Below, piece by piece: positions 54,907 through 64,000 of a stretch of 64,000 nucleotides of DNA. Location of the stretch: positions 49,290,001-49,354,000 of the forward strand of contig NC_043000.1 in NCBI RefSeq assembly GCF_006345805.1. Reading direction: 5' to 3'. The first letter of the stretch is position 1, and every line of letters starts with the position of its first letter. Made by a program: the position numbers and the translations under genes. The DNA is from Octopus sinensis (taxonomy: Eukaryota). The notes below the pieces were generated by a model. It was given only the letters and a program-made list of their open reading frames with translations, did no database searches and was not told where the DNA came from.

Positions 54907-55146
54907 GTGTGTGTGTATGTATATGTTTGTGTGTCTGTGTTTGTTCCCCCGACATCGCTTGAGAACCGATGGTGGTGTGTTTACGTCCCCGTAACTTAGC
55001 GGTTCGGCAAAGGAGATCGATGGAATAAGTACTAGGCTTACAAAGAATAAGTCATGGGGTCGATTTGCTCGACTAAAGGCGGTGCTCCAGCATGGCCACA
55101 GTCAAATGACTGAAACAAGTAAAAGAGTAAAACAGTTAAAAGAGTA
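54696..55146 (+). mobile_element. SINE family B, full length, young
   Basis: High similarity to the copies at 3382 and 62458. Confidence 0.92.
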
Positions 55147-55279
55147 ACATATATGAAACATTTCTACGAATATGACTTCTTACAAATACAATCATCAGAA
55201 CAAACAAAAAAAATCAACATTTCTACATGCAGTGGCATAAATACTGAATAAAAAAAAACAGTCACCCTTCTAAATATAG

Positions 55280-55535
55280 CACCCCTCATTTATCAGGCTT
55301 AAAGATCGTAAACCCAACTTCCCTTCGAATCCTAAATGCAGACTCTAAGAGCGAAATGGGCATCGTAACTAAACGTATTCTCGATATCTGATGGGCTTTG
55401 GAACAAACCCAATGGGATGGCAACATCGCGGCATCGGGAATAAAACAGCCTGTAGTTTCACCCAGTTCGATATCTTGGATTTCTAACCATCCATGCCGGA
55501 ATCCCTCCTCTTGGGAGCTTTGGATTTTGGTACGC
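55280..55535 (+). mobile_element. Penelope-like element RT remnant
   Basis: FIRLKDRKPNFPSNPKCRL / SEMGIVTKRILD / IGNKTACSFTQFDILDF*PSMPESLLLGALDF match PLE RT motifs (FITLKDHK..NP.CRLINP.KSEIG; FDIxDFYPSI). Confidence 0.8.
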
Positions 55536-55829
55536 AATCCACTAATATGAGCGGCCTCAATATCAAGGAATGCACTTCAACACTTGGTGGTTAAAAGATG
55601 TTGCCGAAGGGATGTGCTACGACATTCAAAGGCATTTTTGATTGATATTCTATGTATGTATGTATGTATGTATATGTACAGATTTGTATGTCTTGCTTTA
55701 TGTAAGTATTCTCATGCACATAGTTGCATGTCTAGACATGCGCATAGACACTTAAATGATAAACTTCTAGAGAGTTTTACAGTTTCAGTGATGGATCTAT
55801 AGTCTTCGCACCAGCTTTCGCCTTTCTGG

Positions 55830-56050
55830 TTTTGTTTGTTTGTTTGTTTGTTTGTTTGTGTGTATGTATGTATGTAGGTAGATAGGTAGGTAGGTAGGTA
55901 TGTATGTAGGTAGGTAGGTAGGTATGTATGTATGTATGTATGTATGTATGTATGTATGTATGTAGGTAGGTAGGTAGGTAGGTAGGTAGGTAGGTAGGTA
56001 GGTAGGTAGGTAGGTAGGTAAGTGGGTAGGGAGGGAGGCAGCCAGGCAGG
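55830..56050. repeat. (GTTT)n(GTAT)n(GGTA)n compound microsatellite
   Basis: Continues after the inserted SINE, at 56287-56338. Confidence 0.95.
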
Positions 56051-56055
56051 CAGGC

Positions 56056-56286
56056 AGTCGAGCTGGCAGAAACGTTAGCACGCCGGACGAAATCCGTAGC
56101 CGTATTTCATCTGCCGCTACGTTGTGAATTCAAATTCCGCCGAGGTCGACTTTGCCTTTCATCCTTTCGGGGTCGATAAATTAAGTACCAGTTACGCACT
56201 GGGGTCGATGTAATCGACTTAATACCTATGTCTGTCCTTGTTTGTCGCCTCTGTGTTTAGCCCCTTGTGGGTAATAAAGAAATAGG
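56056..56286 (+). mobile_element. SINE A (alternative-tail subtype) inserted in a (GGTA)n array
   Basis: Closely similar to 40824-41054. Confidence 0.9.
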
Positions 56287-57302
56287 TAGGTAGGTAGGTA
56301 GGTAGGTAGGTAGGAAGGTAGGTAGGTAGGTAGGTATTTATGAGTGTGGTCTACAAGAAGCATGCAAGACTTATAGGAGGCCCTGTGTTATCTGTTTCAG
56401 TCTGACTTATTTCATGTTCGAACGCACCACATTTTATCCCCCATACCACTCTCTTACCCTCAAATAGCGACTTACACGCTAAATTATTGACATGTAATTA
56501 ATTTTATAACTTTTGAGGCGCATTTAATTATTGGTTTTTAAGACTTTAACTCGTTTATCACCAGCGGCAAAACTTGAACAACGACGATAGTCAATGATAC
56601 GTATGTATATTTTGTATGTTTGTATGTATGTGTGCGTTTGAGTATAAGGATGTATGGATGTATATATGTATGTGCGTGTGTATATATATATATATACACA
56701 TACACACATATGTATGTATGTTTCTATGTATGTATGTATCATGATTATCCGTAAATAAAGCAAACGGTTAAACACTTAACCAAAAGAGATAGAAGATACA
56801 CGATTGTCATAAGTAGTTTGACGCTAATAACTATTACCTACCTTTGTAAACCTTTCCGACAATCTCCCTGGCTGATTTATCTGTCAATCTATTGACGAAC
56901 CATCTATCAGGAGTCTCCCGGTTCTTCATCTTTCTCAGCCCTTCACTCTCATCTCCCTCATAGTCTCTTCACTTTCTGCTTATCTCTCTAGAACTGCATC
57001 ACGTGTCTATCTACCAATCAACCGATATACCTGTCTATATTTCTTGTCGTATTTCACCTAAGGCCAGCCCACGTTAGGCAGACCGATGATCAAAGAGATC
57101 CGAGGTCTGTGTATACATGTATGTGTGGGGGAGGGTGTTTATTCTGTATATACATGTATATATATATATTCTGTATATATATATATATGTGTGTGTGTGT
57201 ATGTATATATATATGTATATATATATATATAGCCACTAAAACATTGGTGTTAAACTGATATTATTAAATTTTTAAACTAATATACAATTTTCACCCTCAT
57301 TT

Positions 57303-57334
<32 letters not shown>

Positions 57335-57341
<7 letters not shown>

Positions 57342-57672
57342 CGAATAAATCGACCTCAGGATTTATTATTTGTAACGGTCACTTTTGCCGAACCACTAGC
57401 TTACGGAGACGTGAGCACCCCAACATCGGTTGTCAAGCGATGTTGTGGGGACATAGACGCACAAATATACACACACACACCTCACCCCCGCACACACACA
57501 AATATATATATATCCTTACGACAGGCTTCTTTTAGTTTCCGTCAACCAAACCCACTCACAAAACTTTGGTCGGCCCGCAGCTATATTAGAAGACACTTAC
57601 CAAGGTGCCACGCATTGCGACTGAATCTGGAACCATGTGGTTGGTAAGTAAGCTTCACAGCTACACCTGCGC
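57335..57672 (-). mobile_element. SINE family B
   Basis: Reverse complement of head, core and part of the tail. Confidence 0.85.
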
Positions 57673-57693
57673 TTATATATATATATATATAAT

Positions 57694-57770
<77 letters not shown>

Positions 57771-57782
57771 ATATATATATAT

Positions 57783-58183
57783 ATATAAAATAATATGTTA
57801 CAATTATTCAATAGGCAAGATAAAACTCTGAGTTTCGGACAGATGCCGAAGTGGAAATCCACAACAGCATCTCTTCGGTTATCTGGCCATCTGAAAAACG
57901 CTATGAAAAAATACCGTTATATAAAGGGAAATTACTGTATTAAAATTTCGCTACTTATATAAATTAAGATTAAAAGTTCACAGTAAACACGTAAACATGG
58001 CTACTCATACGCTCACATGTGCGCTCGCGGACCTACGTGGTCCGCGAGCGCACATGTGAGCGTATTTTTTCATAGCGTTTTTCAGATGGCCAGATAATCG
58101 AAGAGATGGAGTTGTGGATTTCCACTTCGCACCCGAAACTCAGAGTTTTATCTTGACTATGAATAATTGTAACATTATTTTAT
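57783..58183. mobile_element. Fold-back element: outer arms of about 125 bp plus a perfect 27-bp inner hairpin
   Basis: 57783-57914 mirrors 58062-58183; inner stem 58007-58033 and 58039-58065 with loop TACGT. Confidence 0.88.
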
Positions 58184-58250
58184 AGATAAGTTTCCTCTAT
58201 TTACATAATATTGAGGTCTCTTTCTTTCTTTTGTTATCTTACCGTTTTTA

Positions 58251-58301
<51 letters not shown>

Positions 58302-58303
<2 letters not shown>

Positions 58304-58641
58304 GAGACACCCTTCGGTCACGAATGACCATGAGATTGCAACTAGAAAGTTACATTCCGAGGCACAACTCCGGGCAAAGTTGTTTATGGAAGACCAGCAG
58401 TCGCTCATGAGTACCAGCCTCCCCTCTCCACGGCACCGATGTTATCCAAGGGAAAGGGCAAGGCCGATACAGCTTTCAACTAGTGACGTCGCAACTCATT
58501 TCTACAGCTGAGTGAACTGGAGCAACGTGAAATAAAGTGTCTTGATCAAGAACACAACACGCACACAGCCCGGTCTGGGATTCGAACTCAGAACCTCACG
58601 GTCGTAAGTTCGATGATCTAACCACTGAGCCATGCGGCTTC

Positions 58642-58642
<1 letters not shown>
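58302..58642 (-). mobile_element. SINE family C (long type)
   Basis: Reverse complement of 37697-38022. Confidence 0.9.
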
Positions 58643-58672
<30 letters not shown>

Positions 58673-58710
58673 CATACACATATATATATATATAATATAT
58701 ATATATTCTG

Positions 58711-58746
<36 letters not shown>

Positions 58747-58824
58747 AGTGTGTGTGTGTTTGTGTGTGTGTGTATGTGTGTGTGTTGTTTGTGTGTGTGT
58801 CTGTGTGTATGTGTGTATGTAATA

Positions 58825-59025
58825 TTTGTGTGTTTGTGCTTGTCCCCACCATCGCCTGACAACCAGTGTTGATGTGTTAGCTGTTCGGCAAAATTAACCG
58901 ATAAAATAATTACTAGGCTTACAATGAATAAGTGCTGGGTTCGGTTTGTTCGACAAAAAACGGTGCACCAGCAAGGCCGCAGTCAGATGACTGAAGCAAA
59001 AAAAAAAGAATAAAAGAAAAAGAAA
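58825..59025 (+). mobile_element. SINE B 3' half
   Basis: ttgtccccaccatcgcctgacaacc...tactaggcttac...ggccgcagtcagatgactgaa. Confidence 0.8.
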
Positions 59026-59086
59026 CGAATATATATCAGTAACTCTCTCTCTCTTTCTCTCTCTTTCTCTCTCTTTCTCTCTCTTT

Positions 59087-59130
<44 letters not shown>

Positions 59131-59439
59131 GCACGCATGTGTGTATTCATGTATGTGTCTGTGTAAAATCTTCATCGTTCAATCTGTCCTTCATTTAAGA
59201 CGTAGTGTAACACATTCTAGTTTATTTGGCGGCTATTTCCGACAGACCTCTTAATCACTTAATGGCAGCCTATTTGATTCCTCTAAATTCTCTGGACATC
59301 TTACCTACTAATCTACGTCTATGTAAGCACTTATCTATATAAATTACTACTACATGCCTTTCTACCTATAATTTATCTACTTAACCTCGTAACTCTTCCT
59401 GCACCTATCAATCAATTATCTCTTTTTTTCATCTTTTAC

Positions 59440-59620
59440 TTGTTTCAGTAAATTAACTGCCAAAGCCTTGAAGAATTTTATCTGAACAAATTGGCCCCAG
59501 TATTTACTATTCTATTCTAGTACATATTCTATCGGCGCTTCCTTGCGAACCGCAAATTTACAGGAACGTAAACACACCAATACCGGTTGTCAAACGTTGG
59601 GGGCGGCGTAAAATACACAC
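59440..59620 (-). mobile_element. SINE B 3' half
   Basis: cttttacttgtttcagt...gcgaaccgc...ccggttgtcaa. Confidence 0.72.
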
Positions 59621-60008
59621 ACACACACACATACTCAGTTACAACCACAAACACACATACACATGCTATCACACACGTGCGCTCGTACATACCTATTTCT
59701 TTACTACCCACAAGAGGAATACCTATACATACTCACAGATACCACCTTTTCTTATACCCTCCTGTCTTAGAAAGTACTTTTTCTTTGTCCATCCACTTCC
59801 GGTCATTCTAAAATGCAACTACAAGTGGGTTGTTGGCGATTTTTTTCCTCCGTCTTCCTTTTCCTTTAATCTCTTCCTGTCTCCTGTTTCTGAAAAAGAG
59901 ATTCGTTCGAAACTTAAAACACCCTTTCTTTCTTTACCTGAGCATCTTTGCATGTACCACGTCCTCGCGTTGTTATTTTTTCTCCGTTTTTTTTTATCAA
60001 TTACATAT

Positions 60009-60074
<66 letters not shown>

Positions 60075-60075
<1 letters not shown>

Positions 60076-60307
60076 CAACTTATAAATAAGGGCAAACGAA
60101 AAAATTTCTAATGCCAAATATGCCGAAAATTGGACACATTGTCCATTTACGATATGGTAATAATGGAATTTTTTAGAGATTTCTGTCGACCTTTTTTCGA
60201 GTAGCGTGCGTACTGGAAAAAACATTATCTGGTAAATGGACAAAATGTCCAATTTTCGGCATATTTGGCATTAGAAATCTTTTCGTTTGCCCTTATTTAT
60301 AAGTTGT
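60075..60307. mobile_element. MITE with 76-bp TIRs
   Basis: 60075-60150 versus 60232-60307, three mismatches, 81-bp spacer, AT-rich flanks. Confidence 0.88.
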
Positions 60308-60429
60308 TTATAATTTAATCTTTAAAGGTATTTTTTAATATGCTGGCCATTGGTAATATTTTTGTTTTCGAAAAAATGTTATCCTACATTAGATATAAAT
60401 TTAATATATATACAGAGAGAGAGAGAGAG

Positions 60430-60712
60430 AGATTTACCGCCGGCTTCATTCCATTTCCGTCTACCAAATCCACTCACAAGGCGTTGGTCGGCCCAGGGCT
60501 ATTGATAGAAGTAATGGCAAAAGTATATTGACAATATGGGTGCATACTTTGATGAATAAAACTATTCTTTGTATTTATAAAACATTAGTTAACTTGCTTT
60601 TTTCCTTTCTACAAATTTCTTGATAGAAGACACTTGCCCAAGGTTCAGTGCAGTGGAGCTGAGCCTGAAATCATGTGGTTGAGAATCAAACTTCTTACCA
60701 CACAGCCACGCA
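60430..60712 (-). mobile_element. SINE B 5' half split into two pieces
   Basis: 60430-60512 and 60618-60712 are consecutive parts of the head region, separated by about 105 bp. Confidence 0.65.
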
Positions 60713-61547
60713 ACAATTTTTTTATTTATTAATGTATAGACGCATATATACACATACAGATACGTTTAAAAACAAAATTAAAACCAAAAACAAGCAGAAA
60801 AAACGAGAATTAAGATGAGTGTAAATACCATCCCAAATACAGTAATAACACGGATGATAAAATAAGAAACAAAATAAATAAAACACACACTTATATACAC
60901 TTACGTACACACCTTAACTTTTAATCGGTTGAATAGATTTGATCAATAATCAACTATCTATATCAGTAAATATATTCTACTCACGGATTTTAAAACCGTA
61001 CCACTAATATAGTTTACATCAGTTGACTCACCAGGTGGAGTCGTCATCTGTTTTTGCCTTTTTTATATTTTTATTATTTTTGTTATCATTTTGATTATTT
61101 TTTTGTTTTATTTTTCTATATATGTTTGGGGTTCTTTTTGCAGGGATTTTCTGTTTCTTGTTTGTTCGTGTTTTAGTATTTTTCTTCATTTTTTTACATT
61201 CTTTCCATTTTTTTTCTATAAGTGGGCGTTTCGTTTCGTATATTTCACTTATATTTTATTTGCTTCCGTTTTTCTCCACCAAATTTTATGGTTTTTTTTG
61301 CCTTTTTTTATGCTATCGGTGATTAGAGTATTGCAATCACAATCAATTATTTAAGAGGTGAGACAGATAATGAGATACAGTGAGATAGACAGATAGAAAC
61401 CAAGACATAGTGAACAAGATAGAGACAGAGAGATACAACATATACGTAAATTTCACTATTACGATGCTTCAAGACTTTTATCTTACATTTGGCTGATTAT
61501 TTCTGCAAGATTTGCTCTTTATTCCACTGCTACTTACATTGTTTTTA

Positions 61548-62114
61548 TTGGGTTGTCCGGAAAGTTCGTGCCGATTTATAGTAGCTTACCTTTCGACTTA
61601 TTTTAGAACATGGTTGAGTTCATAAAATAGGATTTGACTACACCTCCATTTAGAGCACAATTTAAGCTATCTTTTCGTGGAAGAAGGTTTATGTTCCTAT
61701 AACCTGTGTTAATATTGTAACCCTTTAAAATGGAAGATAAGAAAGTTCATTTTCGGCACTTCATGCTTTTGGAACCAGACAAAAATTGCTGCAGCTCGGC
61801 TGGGATTTGTAACCCCACCTTCCATATTCACCAGATATTGCTCCTTCAGATTTCCACTTATTCAGGTCTCTGCAGAATAGTCTTAATGGTAAAACTTTCA
61901 ATTCCTTAGATGACGAAAGAAGATACCTTGAGGAATTCTTTGCCACGAAACCACCACAATTCTGGGAAGAGGGTATTTTCAAGTTAAAGGGAAGATGGAG
62001 ACGCATTGTGCAACAAAATGGCTTATATTTGGTTGAATAAAAATGTAATGGCAAATATTTATTGACCTTTTTCTTTTCCTTTAAAAATCGGCACGAACTT
62101 TCCGGACAACCCAA
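61548..62114 (+). mobile_element. Internally deleted mariner (mellifera-like), 567 bp
   Basis: Perfect TIRs TTGGGTTGTCCGGAAAGTTCGTGCCGATT, TA on both sides; MEDKKVHFRHFMLLE start joined to LPYSPDIAPSDFHLFRSLQNSLNG...WRRIVQQNGLYLVE stop. Confidence 0.95.
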
Positions 62115-62175
62115 TATATTTTCATCTTGGTCTGTTTGTCAATCATTCTAGATGTTTACTTCTCACTCTCCCTTC

Positions 62176-62222
<47 letters not shown>

Positions 62223-62234
62223 GCCCTGTGTTTA

Positions 62235-62457
62235 TGCGGGTGTATGACTTAGTGGTTAGGATGCTGCACTCACGATCTATCGATCGTGATTTCAGTTTCT
62301 AGACTAGATGGTGCACTGTGTTCTTGAGTAAAACGCTTCATCTCTCGTTGCTCTGCGATCACTTCGATCACGGACTCGTTGTACATCGTGCACCTGTTCA
62401 GACAAGGTCGATTTGTTGGAGAGAGTGAGCTAATGTACGGCACGAACATTTGAATAC
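62235..62457 (+). mobile_element. tRNA-headed SINE (C-like head, different tail)
   Basis: gacttagtggttagg A box, then ctgtgttcttgagtaaaacgcttcatctc; directly abuts the next SINE B. Confidence 0.6.
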
Positions 62458-62830
62458 TAGGAGTGGCTGTGTGGTGAGTAGCTTGTTTACCGACCACATG
62501 GTCCGGGTTCAGTCCCACTGTGTGTCACCTGGGACAAGTGTCTTCTACTATAGCCTCGGGTCGACCAAAGCCTTGTGAGTGGGTTTGGTAGACGGAAATT
62601 GAAAGAAGCCCGTTGTATATATGTATATATATGTCTGTGTGTATATATGTTTGTGTGTCTGTGTTTGTCCCTCCAACATCGCTTGACAACCGATGCTGGT
62701 GTGTTTACGTACCCGTAACTTAGCGGTTCGGCAAAAGAGTTCGATAGAATAAGTACTAGGCTTACAAAGAATAAGTCCTGGGGTCGATTTACTTGACTAA
62801 AGGCAGTGCTCCAGCATGGCCATTGAAACA
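62458..62830 (+). mobile_element. SINE family B
   Basis: Head, core and tail present. Confidence 0.9.
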
Positions 62831-62949
62831 GATTATTAATGAAACAGATTAAATGTAGCATTTTATATGTATTGAGTCCTTTCTCAGTTAATATTAAGCT
62901 GGAATTTTTATGTATACTTTGGTGCGCGTGTGTGTGTGTGTGTGTAATG

Positions 62950-63020
62950 TGAAGGCGCGTGGCTTAGTGGTTAGGGCATTCGGCTCATGATTGTAAGGTC
63001 CTGAGTTCAGTTCCCAGCGT
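62950..63020 (+). mobile_element. SINE C tRNA-like head
   Basis: ggcgcgtggcttagtggttagggcattcggctcatgattgtaaggtcctgagttcagttccc. Confidence 0.75.
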
Positions 63021-63091
63021 GTGCGTGTGTTTGTGTGTGTGCTTTATCAGAATCTAGGAATACGCCAAAATATATTTTGTTTTCTTCGAAG

Positions 63092-63207
63092 GTTTATCAA
63101 GGATTAGATTAGTAAGAGAAGGCTCCTTGTATAAAATATCTCGACAGAAAGGAAAGAAATATAACCATATCAGTCGGGTTAACCATGTTATTATGAAGTG
63201 GCAAACC
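63092..63207 (+). CDS. Candidate exon with a PH-domain-start-like motif
   Basis: Good acceptor tatattttgttttcttcgaag, then LSRIRLVREGSLYKISRQKG, like the (L/F)(I/V)(R/K)EGxLxK first strand of DH-linked PH domains; donor weak. Confidence 0.27.
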
Positions 63208-63742
63208 TAGGACTTTATGTGTTTCGCTTCTCCTCTATATCCTTCCTATCTCAGTATTTTTTTAAATCCATATTTCCTTCTCGTTCTCAGTTTTCCTTGT
63301 TTTCTTTCTATTTTACCGTATTCTTTATGGCACCTGATCTATGATTTTAACTAATTTGACTTCATGTTCACTTAGTCAAAAGGAGAACGGCAGTTTCTAT
63401 TAAAATTTTTTTTTCATTATCTTTTGAGATTAGGTCCATTTCTCCAGATATAGAAAATACTTCAACAAACGATAAGATAACCCTTCTTGTAGAAAGCCCT
63501 AACATGCAACATAAAATATCTAAGGAACCGGCATAGAGTAATAAATAAACCGCTGCACCAGCCTAAATAAACTGCTACACTCTACTATGTTAGACAATAT
63601 ATTTACGTTATTTAGAAACTACCGCACAAACTCACACACACACACACATACACAAGAGGAGACAAATGGGTCACAAAGTTGTTGAAGTGGTCACAGTATG
63701 TGTGACGAAAGAACTTTCGTCACACATATGTGACAAGTAAAC

Positions 63743-63744
<2 letters not shown>

Positions 63745-63830
<86 letters not shown>

Positions 63831-63848
63831 AAGAAGAAGAAGAAGAAC
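63745..63848. repeat. (AAT)n(AAG)n compound trinucleotide microsatellite
   Basis: Pure runs. Confidence 0.95.
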
Positions 63849-63904
63849 GTGAAAATTAAATGGCAAAAGATGACCATCTCCAAGTACAACAATGTGTGTG
63901 TATG

Positions 63905-63941
<37 letters not shown>

Positions 63942-63944
<3 letters not shown>

Positions 63945-64000
63945 CGTGACCGACCAGGCTATCAGATGTTGCTACACATCGCTGGTCAAAATGCGCTTCG
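63942..64000 (-). mobile_element. Probable 3' end of another SINE family, cut by the window edge
   Basis: GC-richer block starting abruptly after (TA)n; recalled as a common octopus repeat end, not verifiable here. Confidence 0.35.

Overview
AT-rich, microsatellite-dense eukaryotic DNA. The repeat families look like those of Octopus; this is recognised from memory, not from a search. There is no intact long protein-coding ORF, no rRNA, no functional tRNA and no CRISPR array. Almost all ORF-track entries are translated microsatellites ([12 protein letters not shown]). Content supported by the sequence: (1) at least 30 copies or fragments of three tRNA-derived SINE families (called A, B, C here), two with clear target-site duplications; (2) a degraded CR1-type LINE with endonuclease and RT motifs (46.7-49.1 kb), plus CR1, RTE, jockey-like and Penelope RT remnants; (3) an internally deleted mariner with perfect TIRs, a dead DD37D maT element, a Tc1 remnant and a 300-bp non-autonomous Helitron; (4) several MITE and fold-back elements. 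The most interesting signals are four hammerhead-ribozyme-like motifs with non-canonical cores in short ORF-less repeats, a Tc1-type MITE whose interior is a captured SINE fragment, homology between the SINE-B tail and the CR1 3' end, and two isolated exon-like peptides resembling DEG/ENaC and DH-linked PH domains. No host gene could be assembled with confidence, so the window is probably intronic or intergenic. I found no clear-cut novel multi-gene system.
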